Positions 18,287 to 25,876 of a DNA stretch of 64,000 nucleotides are shown piece by piece. The stretch comes from Candidatus Moraniibacteriota bacterium (GTDB lineage Bacteria; Patescibacteriota; Minisyncoccia; Moranbacterales; UBA1568), in assembly GCA_017983435.1 (NCBI GenBank), contig JAGOBM010000002.1, forward strand, positions 33,414 to 97,413. Reading direction: 5' to 3'. Position numbers and translations under genes: made by a program. The notes under the pieces were generated by a model. That model did not search any database, was not told the origin of the DNA, and saw only the letters and a list, made by a program, of their open reading frames with translations. The first letter of the stretch is position 1; every line of letters starts with the position of its first letter.

Positions 18287-18676
18287 TAGTGGAGTTGATG
18301 GGAATTGCACCCATGTCCAGTCACGTTTTTCCAAAATATTCTACAAGCGTAGTCTGCTTTAGGTCCCTTCCTCTCTATGAAACAGACGAAAGAGAGCGGA
18401 AGACTGGTCTTCTGCAAAAGGCGATCGGAGGAGAAAGACGAGAAGAAAATCTCCGGACCTTCCCGAAGTATGACACCGGCGGTTCTCTATCGGGAGTCGA
18501 GGAGCCGATGGTCCGCGCGAATTAGGCGCGGGCGAAAGCGAAAGACGGAGCGAACGCCGAAGCGAACGTGGCCTTGGCCTTTGGGATGAAGTTTGCACTT
18601 ATCGGTTGATGGAAGTTTTTACGATCGTACCATCATGATCGGCTTGCCTATTTTGAAAGTACGCCCTGTCGAGTCT
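18287..18676 (-). ncRNA. ssrA: tmRNA (transfer-messenger RNA, SsrA)
   Basis: The minus-strand 5-prime end GGGGUUGUUUAGACUCGACAGGG and 3-prime end GGACAUGGGUGCAAUUCCCAUCAACUCCA(CUA) closely parallel E. coli GGGGCUGAUUCUGGAUUCGACGGG...GGACGCGGGUUCAACUCCCGCCAGCUCCACCA. The acceptor stem GGGGUUG/CAACUCC keeps the G3:U wobble. A resume-codon context UAAGU-GCA-AAC and an Ala-rich tag frame ending in UAA lie on plus 18522-18596. The gene is directly downstream of smpB. Confidence 0.8.
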
Positions 18677-18772
18677 AAACAACCCCATACCATCAAGGAT
18701 GATGGAAATTCCAAATTCCAAAGCCCAAATTCCCAGCGGAATTGTAGAGTTTGGATCTTAGAATCTGAAGAA

Positions 18773-19222
18773 CTACCGGTGATCCCTCATCGCTCGCTCG
18801 ATACGCCGCTTCGCTTCCCGTTCACCGATATCGGAACGCTTGTCATACTCCTTTTTTCCCTTTGCTAGAGCGAATTCGAGCTTCACAAGTTGTTTCTGAG
18901 TATACAATCGAATAGGGACCAATGTCAAGCCTTGGACGCGGGATTTTCCAATCAGGGAGCGGATTTCCGAGCGATGGAGGAGGAGCTTGCGCGAACGGGT
19001 ATCCTCATGCTTCGTGTCTTTGTGAGCGTGAGCGTAGCGCGGAATCAGGGCATTGGTCAGGAAGAGCTCATTGCCACGGGCCGTCACAAAGGCTCCTTTG
19101 AGGCTGACGTGGCCGGTTTTGACTGACTTCACCTCGCTGCCGGACAGGACGATGCCCGCCACATACCGATCGAGGAGGGCGTAATCATAGGAAGCTCTGC
19201 GATTGAAAGCGAGATCCTTCAT
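18773..19222 (-). CDS. smpB: SsrA-binding protein SmpB
   Basis: NRRASYDYALLDRYVAGIVLSGSEVKS...GLTLVPIRLY match the SmpB consensus. Confidence 0.9.
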   Translation of the reverse strand: MKDLAFNRRASYDYALLDRYVAGIVLSGSEVKSVKTGHVSLKGAFVTARGNELFLTNALIPRYAHAHKDTKHEDTRSRKLLLHRSEIRSLIGKSRVQGLTLVPIRLYTQKQLVKLEFALAKGKKEYDKRSDIGEREAKRRIERAMRDHR

Positions 19223-19321
19223 AGAAGGCAGTGTAGCGCGAAATAGCCGGTACCAACAAAAAAATCGAGATATATCCCGACCGTTCTTATATTATACACC
19301 AAAACAGTATATTGTGCAACA

Positions 19322-19349
19322 GTTGGAAATCCATAGATATATGGTATAA
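19322..19349 (+). promoter_or_regulatory. Putative sigma70-type promoter with an extended -10 (TTGGAA, 16 nt, TGgTATAAT)
   Basis: It was read in the AT-rich region upstream of the secreted repeat-protein gene. The -35 matches 4 of 6 and the -10 is perfect. Confidence 0.4.
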
Positions 19350-19394
19350 TTTTTGCAAATAGAAGTATAAATAAAAAGCTTGATAATCACGTAT

Positions 19395-20444
19395 ATGCAA
19401 AGAGGCAAGAAACTACTCATGATGACCCTGCTCTTGGTAGCTGGGTTCGTGGTGGGGGTGCAGGTAATCAAGGCGGGGAATTCGCAGAATACGATCGGTT
19501 GGCTCTGGGGTGGGATGAATGCGACGAGTGGTGGCAATACGTCTTTGGGTTGGGTCAGTATGAATAGCCGGGATTGTGATGCGGATGGAAATGGGACGGT
19601 CGACGTGGCTGGCTGTCCGGCGGGTGCGATTCCAGACTACGGGGTCAATGTGCCGCTTTCGGATGGTGCTGTGAGGGGGTATGGTTGGAGCGAGAATTAT
19701 GGCTGGCTGTCTTTCAATGCGGCTGATGTCGCTGGCTGCCCAGTGGGCGGTTGTAGCGCGCAGCGTGTCGGCAATGCCCTGACCGGCTGGGCGCGCGTCC
19801 TCTCGATCCGTGATGCGGCGGCCAATAGCGGTGGCTGGAGCGGATATGTTTCGTTGGACTCCGGTACGACCGGGAGCGGGGTGCCTTACGGGGTTACTGT
19901 GGCGGGGAATATTATTTCGGGCTATGCCTGGTCGGATGAGCTTGGTTGGATTGATTTTGGTCGTGCCCGCATACAGCCGGGGAATAGTTTGAAAATCTGC
20001 CGTGATAGCTGCAATAGCGGTATCCTTCGCGGAAGCCAGTCGGCAGCCGGAAGCAATACGATGGGGACGGGAGCTGTAGAGAGTCTTGTAGCGTGTTGGA
20101 ATTCAGATGTGGCATGCGGTATGGCTGGGGCTTCGGTGCCGGCGACGTGGGCGGAGAGCGGATCAGCCGCAGTGGGACTGTCCGGACCGGATACTCTGAA
20201 GACCGTCACAGCCAATGCGGTCGGATCGGAATCAGTCACGGCGACCTATGTCGGACAGACGGCTACGCTCAACGTCTCGGTGATCTGTGTGCCGCTGGTC
20301 TGTGGAGCAGTTACAAAGGCGGTGACGGATACCTATTGTCCGGATGCGACCCAGGATACCGGTGTATCGGATAACTGCGGTGGGACGCTGACCTGCCCGG
20401 GGACCCGCTATTGCGATACGAATTACAAAGAAGTGCAGCCGTAA
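19395..20444 (+). CDS. Secreted or cell-surface repeat protein with three G[WY]xWSxxxGW[ILV]xF motifs
   Basis: It has a signal peptide (MQRGKKLLMMTLLLVAGFVVGVQVIKA). The repeats are GWLWGG...LGWVSMNS, GYGWSENYGWLSFNA and GYAWSDELGWIDFGRA. The protein is Gly/Ser/Ala-rich with C-terminal Cys pairs. Confidence 0.7.
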   Translation: MQRGKKLLMMTLLLVAGFVVGVQVIKAGNSQNTIGWLWGGMNATSGGNTSLGWVSMNSRDCDADGNGTVDVAGCPAGAIPDYGVNVPLSDGAVRGYGWSENYGWLSFNAADVAGCPVGGCSAQRVGNALTGWARVLSIRDAAANSGGWSGYVSLDSGTTGSGVPYGVTVAGNIISGYAWSDELGWIDFGRARIQPGNSLKICRDSCNSGILRGSQSAAGSNTMGTGAVESLVACWNSDVACGMAGASVPATWAESGSAAVGLSGPDTLKTVTANAVGSESVTATYVGQTATLNVSVICVPLVCGAVTKAVTDTYCPDATQDTGVSDNCGGTLTCPGTRYCDTNYKEVQP

Positions 20445-20542
20445 TACACAGAGAGATAGAGCGGCTAGAGACAAAGAGCGATAGGGGGATAAGAGGGATG
20501 ATAGAGAATGCTTAAATAATTTGAGTATAAAAACAAAAACAT

Positions 20543-20884
20543 ATGACTCTGGAGCAGAATCATCCGAATCTGAAAAAACTCTTGGTATTCTTTCTGGTAG
20601 TGTTCGTAATCCTGGTCGGATTGGCCGGGTTGAAAGTGTATCTCGATGTATCGAAGTCGCCAGAGACGCCGGTGATGCAGGATGGCGGAGCACCTACGGG
20701 TCGTCTGACTGAGGCGGATATAGAGCAGCAGCTTGAAGCTTTGAATGTCGGAGATGATCCGAATAAGCACCCAACCGCGGCGGAAATGGAGAAACAGCTT
20801 GAAACCTTGAATGCTGGAGATGATACCGCCAAGCGCCCGACGGAAGCAGAAATCAGACAACAGCTTGAAGCTTTGAATCAGTAG
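20543..20884 (+). CDS. Small N-terminally membrane-anchored protein with 22-aa tandem repeats (EADIEQQLEALNVGDDPNKHPT)
   Basis: It has one TM helix followed by two and a half copies of a 22-aa acidic helical repeat. Confidence 0.6.
   Translation: MTLEQNHPNLKKLLVFFLVVFVILVGLAGLKVYLDVSKSPETPVMQDGGAPTGRLTEADIEQQLEALNVGDDPNKHPTAAEMEKQLETLNAGDDTAKRPTEAEIRQQLEALNQ
20711..20881 (+). repeat. Tandem 66-bp coding repeat, about 2.6 copies
   Basis: Units at 20711-20776, 20777-20842 and 20843-20881 have near-identical cores, CAGCTTGAAGCTTTGAATG and CAGCTTGAAACCTTGAATG. Confidence 0.7.
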
Positions 20885-20921
20885 AAATACTTAAAAAATT
20901 ATAAAGTTTTAACACACGTGT

Positions 20922-21485
20922 ATGCATCAGCTCTTGCGAGGTAGTCTCTACTGGGGAAAAGTCATTTCACTCGGTGTCATTCTCGGCGTCGGGATACAGT
21001 TCGCAGAAGCCTGGACCAACCCGACCGCTTCGGCCCCGGGTGGCAATATCGCTGGACCCTTGAATACCGGAGTCATCAATCAAGTGAAGAACGCTTCTTT
21101 GGGATTGGTAGGCAATCTGGCTGCCAATATGCTCCAGATCAACGGTGTAGCGACGGAAGGAGCAGCGTGCAGCTCTACCGGACTGGTAGCTCGGGATACC
21201 GGCGGAGTGATTCTGTCGTGTCAGTCGGGGGCGTGGAGGAAGGGGATGGGGGGGGGTGGACTTGGTACATCGCGGATGATTACGGCACCTACGGGGACAG
21301 CTACCACCAGTGTAACGTGTGCGTCTGATGAAGTTGTGACGAGCTGTGTATTGCGAAATCCAACGGCGGTGGGAGGAGTTTACTCCTCCTCTATTTCGGG
21401 AAAAACGTGTAGGTCAACTACTACCGAGGCAGATTTTAGTGATCGCCTGGCGTCAGGTCCGCTCATGGCTACTTGTGTCAAGTAA
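20922..21485 (+). CDS. Secreted hypothetical protein (signal peptide, Gly/Thr/Ser-rich, 7 Cys)
   Basis: It has an N-terminal hydrophobic segment with AEA followed by W. No family was recognised. Confidence 0.55.
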   Translation: MHQLLRGSLYWGKVISLGVILGVGIQFAEAWTNPTASAPGGNIAGPLNTGVINQVKNASLGLVGNLAANMLQINGVATEGAACSSTGLVARDTGGVILSCQSGAWRKGMGGGGLGTSRMITAPTGTATTSVTCASDEVVTSCVLRNPTAVGGVYSSSISGKTCRSTTTEADFSDRLASGPLMATCVK

Positions 21486-21510
21486 TTTTGACAATGGAAA
21501 TATGTGAAGC

Positions 21511-21548
21511 TAAACACTCTTCCTTCATAGGGGAAGAGTGTTTCTTTA
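21511..21548 (+). terminator. Rho-independent terminator
   Basis: AAACACTCTTCC-TTCATAGG-GGAAGAGTGTTT has a perfect 12-bp stem followed by CTTTAT. Confidence 0.65.
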
Positions 21549-21682
21549 TGCTGGGGAGGTTGGCTTTTAGGCTCATATGCGCTACGATAGGTGGGTATGC
21601 CCGGTAGTAGAACTTCGAAAATTTCAGACACCGAGTTTTTACAAAGTTATGTTTTAGGGAGAAAAGGGTAAATTATTTTTTC

Positions 21683-23359
21683 TTGGAAGAGACTTCCCTA
21701 TTCGAAGTTTCACTGCCGGGTATGAAAACAACTCTAGCGCAAGCGATACAGGGAGCGATCGAGGGATTGATCCGGACGGGTCAGCTGCCTCTATTCGATC
21801 TGCCTTGCATCCAGGTGGAGCGTCCGAAGGATGAACAGTTCGGCGAATATACGTCGAATATCGCTTTGATCGCAGCCAAAATAGTCGGCAAGAATCCGAG
21901 AGAATTGGCGGAGCTGATCAAAGAACAATTAACAATTAACAATCAACAAGAAACATTCTTCGAAAAAATCGAAGTCGCTGGTCCGGGGCATCTCAATCTC
22001 TATCTGGCGCAGTCGGTACTCGGCGGTGTCGTGGAAACTATCGCAGCGCGACAGGATCAGTACGGGGCATCAGATCAGGGAGCAGGCCAGTCCGTGAACA
22101 ACGAATTCGTCTCGGCCAATCCGACCGGCCCGCTGCATCTCGGCAATGGCCGCGGGGGATTCTTTGGCGATACGCTCTCGCACATCCTGCGCAAGGCGGG
22201 ATACGCCGTAACGAATGAATACTATGTGAACGATGCCGGCGAGCAAGTGCTGAAGCTCGGGCATAGCGTCCTCAAGGACGAGGAGGCGGTATATGGAGGA
22301 GAATATATTGAAACGCTCCATGAGCGTTTCAAACAACAAACAACAAACAACAAACAACAAGATGGGGAAGGTGTAGTGAGGGAAACAGGCGAGTGGGCGG
22401 CGGAATATATTCTCACACATTTCATCCAGCCGACGCTCAAGGATCAGATGCGGATTACGTTCGATGTCTTCACTTCGGAAAAGCAAGAAATAATCGAGCG
22501 TGGGTATGTCGAGAAAGCCCTGGAGATTTTCAAGGAGAAGCAGCTTTCGTTCGAGACGGACGGCGCACTCTGGCTCAAGACGACCGCTTTCGGCGATGAC
22601 AAAGATCGAGTGCTCGTGAAGGGCGATGGGACGAAGACATACTTCGCGTCCGATTGCGGCTATATCCTCTCCAAGATGGAGCGCGGCTTTACACGGCTTA
22701 TCCTCACGCTCGGAGCGGATCATCACGGCTATCGGGCCCGGATCGAAGCAGCAGCACAGGCGCTCGGATTTGTCGGCCGTTTCGATTTTGTCTTCGTCCA
22801 GCTGGTCCGCCTCATGAAAGACGGCCAGGAAGTGCGGATGAGCAAGCGGGCGGGCAATGTCGTCTCGATCGACGAGCTGATCGAGCGGGTCGGACCGGAT
22901 GTCGCACGCTTCTTCTTTCTCGTGTACAGCCCCGATACGCATATGAACTTTGATCTCGGACTGGCAGAAGAGCGGTCACAGAAGAACCCGGTCTACTATG
23001 TGCAGTACGCGCATGCTCGGCTGGCCAGCGTGCTAGCCAAAGCGGCGGAGGCCGGACTCGATCCGGATCGCGGCGATGTCACTCTGCTCCAGGACCCGAA
23101 GGAGCGCCTGCTCCTCGCTGAGCTCCTCTCATTCCCGGATTTGATCTTGGATACGGCCGAGGATTATGCCGTCCATCGGCTGCCTCAGTATGCTATCCGT
23201 CTGGCTGACCGGCTGCACTCTTTCTATGATGCCTGCCGGGTCATCGATACCGAACAGCCAGCGATGTCTGAGGCTCGCCTGAGGCTCGTGAAAAGTGCTA
23301 AAATAGTCTTGAGTGAGACACTTCGTCTCATAGGTGTTACTGCTCCGGAAAAGATGTAG
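21683..23359 (+). CDS. argS: Arginyl-tRNA synthetase
   Basis: SANPTGPLHLGNGRGG is the HIGH-region variant, and MSKRAGNVV the KMSK variant. It contains two in-frame simple-sequence stretches (INNQQ; QQTTNNKQQ). Confidence 0.9.
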   Translation: MEETSLFEVSLPGMKTTLAQAIQGAIEGLIRTGQLPLFDLPCIQVERPKDEQFGEYTSNIALIAAKIVGKNPRELAELIKEQLTINNQQETFFEKIEVAGPGHLNLYLAQSVLGGVVETIAARQDQYGASDQGAGQSVNNEFVSANPTGPLHLGNGRGGFFGDTLSHILRKAGYAVTNEYYVNDAGEQVLKLGHSVLKDEEAVYGGEYIETLHERFKQQTTNNKQQDGEGVVRETGEWAAEYILTHFIQPTLKDQMRITFDVFTSEKQEIIERGYVEKALEIFKEKQLSFETDGALWLKTTAFGDDKDRVLVKGDGTKTYFASDCGYILSKMERGFTRLILTLGADHHGYRARIEAAAQALGFVGRFDFVFVQLVRLMKDGQEVRMSKRAGNVVSIDELIERVGPDVARFFFLVYSPDTHMNFDLGLAEERSQKNPVYYVQYAHARLASVLAKAAEAGLDPDRGDVTLLQDPKERLLLAELLSFPDLILDTAEDYAVHRLPQYAIRLADRLHSFYDACRVIDTEQPAMSEARLRLVKSAKIVLSETLRLIGVTAPEKM

Positions 23360-23423
23360 TTTTTGCCCACCCCAGTCTCCGAAAGCCGATTTCTTATGTG
23401 GCTGATACCCCGCCGCATGCTCG

Positions 23424-23510
23424 TCTCACTGGTCGCGAAAGAGATTTCTCCTGATACCCGAGACTTCCGAGGCGATAGTGAGGGAAAATCTGCTTTTGTG
23501 GCCAGTGAGA
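23424..23510 (+). ncRNA. Conserved stem-loop element, copy 2 of 3
   Basis: An 18-bp outer stem, TCTCACTGGTCGCGAAAG / CTTTTGTGGCCAGTGAGA, has three positions paired only as G-U/U-G. The loop is UGAUACCCGAGACUUCCGAGGCGAUAGUGAGGGAAAA. Confidence 0.45.
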
Positions 23511-23595
23511 CACTGAGGAGAAAAAGTCTTTGCAGCCCAAGAAATGAAATGCGAAGTAATCAAGATACTTTAGTAAAACTTAAAACAAAAAAAAA

Positions 23596-23751
23596 ATGAT
23601 CAGGAGAATTCCGAAGAAGTATCGTCATAAATACGCGAAGCCGGCGTCGTTCGATACCGAGATCGTCACCTTTGCTCTCAAGGTGGTAGGTCCGGTCGCG
23701 TTGTTCTTCGTGGCGGCTATCGGACTCGATGTCTATTCGCTCATACAATAA
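23596..23751 (+). CDS. Possible small membrane protein (51 aa)
   Basis: MIRRIPKKYRHKYAKPASFDTEIVTFALKVVGPVALFFVAAIGLDVYSLIQ has a basic N-terminus and one TM helix. Its stop overlaps the start of the next gene. It is below the ORF-track size cut-off. Confidence 0.25.
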   Translation: MIRRIPKKYRHKYAKPASFDTEIVTFALKVVGPVALFFVAAIGLDVYSLIQ

Positions 23752-23752
23752 T

Positions 23753-24328
23753 ATGTCCGACACTTCTCTCGTGCTCTATCTCGTGCGTCACGGCGAAGCG
23801 GAGCACAATGTGCTCGGTGTCGGATCGTCGCTGCCGGAGATCACGGAGCGGCACCTGACAGAGCGGGGCAAGGAGCAGATCCGGGCAGCTGCCGAGCTCT
23901 TAGCGGGACAGTCGGTCGACGCTATCATCGCCTCACCGCTCGTCCGGACCCAGGAGACGGCCGCGATCATCTCTGAGAAGACGGGCGTACCGGTACAGAC
24001 CGATGATCGGCTGCACGAGACCGGACTCGGCGTGTTCAATGAGCAGTCGATCAGACGATTCTTCGGGAAATATCCGGATCCGACCATGCGTATCAGTATC
24101 CGGGAGAATGATGGTGTCGAGAGTTTCGATACGATGCGCGAGCGATTGGGGAGTTTCCTCGCGGATGTATGGAAGCACTATGCCGGCAAGACGGTCGTCG
24201 TTGTGTCGCATGGCGATCCATTGGAACAGTTGCACGGGCTGATTATCGGTGAGGGTGCGGCTGCGGCCGCTATGGGCTGGTATCCTCAAAAGGGGAGTTG
24301 CACGAGAATAATCTGGAAACCTGAATAA
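23753..24328 (+). CDS. Histidine phosphatase family protein (phosphoglycerate-mutase-like)
   Basis: LYLVRHGEAEHN is the RHG motif, and IIASPLVRTQETA...VVVSHGD follow the family pattern. Confidence 0.8.
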   Translation: MSDTSLVLYLVRHGEAEHNVLGVGSSLPEITERHLTERGKEQIRAAAELLAGQSVDAIIASPLVRTQETAAIISEKTGVPVQTDDRLHETGLGVFNEQSIRRFFGKYPDPTMRISIRENDGVESFDTMRERLGSFLADVWKHYAGKTVVVVSHGDPLEQLHGLIIGEGAAAAAMGWYPQKGSCTRIIWKPE

Positions 24329-24350
24329 AATATTTTTTTTGAGACGAGTT

Positions 24351-25040
24351 ATGGACAAGAAACAGCATGAAGATCTGGTCGCCTCGCTGGCAGACCCCAA
24401 GGTTCTTTTGGAATACGACCGTGTTTTCGATGATTTTCGTGTGAGCTGGCTTCCGAAAATCTTGGGACAGCTCTTGGTGAGTACTGGAAACTTGGTATTC
24501 GGAAAAGAACCTTCATATGGGAAGTTCAAGGCGGTCGAAGTGATTGCCCGGATCCCGTACCAATCGTGGGAGGTGGCGAGCTATATGCTCCTGACGATGT
24601 TTTACTCGAATGAGCAGCGAGCTATAGAATTGTCGCAGACCTCGCGCTTCGGGCGGAGCGCGCAGGACAATGAGACGATGCACGTGGTGGTACTGAGTCA
24701 GTTGGCCCAGAAATACGGAGAAGACAGTCTGATCAGGCATACGTTTATTCCGCTCGCGTTCTCTTTCTTCTACTTCGCAGCGTCTTTTGTGCTCTATCTC
24801 TTCAGTCCGCGCTCGGCGTTGGAACTCAACTATTTGTTTGAGAGCCATGCGTTTGAGCAGTACAGCCGCTTCTTAGAGTTGCGTGGTGAAGAATTGAAGC
24901 GGAAGCCCGTCATGCTTGATTTTCTGGAATTCTATGGCCGGCACGTGAAGAGTGAGTACGAATTGTTTCAATCGATCCGTGCAGATGAGATCATCCATCG
25001 CAATGTTTCGGCCCGTCGGGCTGAAGAGTATGGTGTATAG
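24351..25040 (+). CDS. Alternative-oxidase-like diiron carboxylate protein (AOX/PTOX family)
   Basis: Four diiron motifs occur in AOX order: EVIARIPYQSW (Glu 1), NETMHVVV (resembles NERMHL, ExxH), ESHAFEQY (resembles EEEAIHSY), RADEIIHRN (resembles RADEAHHR). Confidence 0.6.
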   Translation: MDKKQHEDLVASLADPKVLLEYDRVFDDFRVSWLPKILGQLLVSTGNLVFGKEPSYGKFKAVEVIARIPYQSWEVASYMLLTMFYSNEQRAIELSQTSRFGRSAQDNETMHVVVLSQLAQKYGEDSLIRHTFIPLAFSFFYFAASFVLYLFSPRSALELNYLFESHAFEQYSRFLELRGEELKRKPVMLDFLEFYGRHVKSEYELFQSIRADEIIHRNVSARRAEEYGV

Positions 25041-25086
25041 TAGGGGTATTCTCTCTAGGGTGGGGCGTAATCTATAGTAAGCCGAT

Positions 25087-25491
25087 ATGAAATCGTTTGA
25101 ATGGAAGGATGAATACAATATCGGGGTAGAGGTCATTGATGCTCAACATAAGGCGTTCGTGGGTATTATGAACGAGTTGTATACGGCGATTACCGAAAAG
25201 AAAGAAGCAGCCGTTTTTCAAGAAATTCTCAAACGGATCACGGAATATATGGATGATCATTTTCAGACCGAAGAACATTATTTTGATGAGTTTCGTTATG
25301 AGGGCGCCGTAGGGCATCAGGCGGCACACAGGATACTGCGGACGCAGCTGGTTGAAATCAGTGAACACCGGAAGAACAATCCTACAGGGAATCCTTTTGA
25401 ACTCTTGGATTTTTTGGAGAATTGGCTCGTGGAGCACGTTGCCATGGACAAGCAATACGGAGCCTGTTTCAAGAGTCATGGTTTACAGTAG
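25087..25491 (+). CDS. Hemerythrin-like (bacteriohemerythrin) diiron O2-binding protein
   Basis: WKDEYNIGVEVIDAQHKAFVGIMNEL...HFQTEEHYF...HRILRTQLVEI...WLVEHV show the H/E ligand spacing of hemerythrin. Confidence 0.8.
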   Translation: MKSFEWKDEYNIGVEVIDAQHKAFVGIMNELYTAITEKKEAAVFQEILKRITEYMDDHFQTEEHYFDEFRYEGAVGHQAAHRILRTQLVEISEHRKNNPTGNPFELLDFLENWLVEHVAMDKQYGACFKSHGLQ

Positions 25492-25539
25492 AGGGGACTT
25501 CACTTTTTTAGGTTTCGATGCTAGTGTAAACGTACAATA

Positions 25540-25860
25540 TTTGAACAGCGATGAAGGGGCCTCCCGAGGCGGGCGGATATCACCCCAGAGCTGCGAGAAG
25601 AAGCGTTTGTTGAAACCAAAGAAGGTGTCCGCCTTCGCCACGGCTTCGGCGTGACGCAGTAGACCTCGCCGGGCAAGCCCGTAATAGCCGAAGAAGAGGG
25701 TTTAGAGCGTTAGGTGATAGAGGCTAATAGAGGTTTTCTATAAGCTAAGTCTCTAATTGCTATAAGCTAAAGCAAGGTGGTACCACGCCTGTCCGCCCTT
25801 TGGCGGATTGCAGACGTCCTTAGCACGGTTTTCGTGTTAAGGTTTTTTTGTTTTTAAAGC
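25540..25860 (+). promoter_or_regulatory. T-box leader (tRNA-sensing riboswitch) upstream of ileS
   Basis: The conserved T-box sequence AAAGCAAGGUGGUACCACG at 25770-25787 matches the consensus AANNNGGGUGGNACCGCG. It is followed by a GC hairpin CCGCC-CUUU-GGCGG and a CACGGUUUUCGUG hairpin before a U-rich run. An AUC (Ile) triplet sits in a candidate specifier context at 25567-25569. Confidence 0.5.
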
Positions 25861-25876
25861 CATATATAATATAAGT

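Noticed and set aside
18289-18598. Three small ORFs (78, 79 and 70 aa) between infC and smpB
   Set aside because: They lie within the tmRNA gene. tmRNA explains the region far better than these ORFs, apart from the internal tag-peptide frame.
22070-22942. 290-aa minus-strand ORF
   Set aside because: It is antisense to argS.
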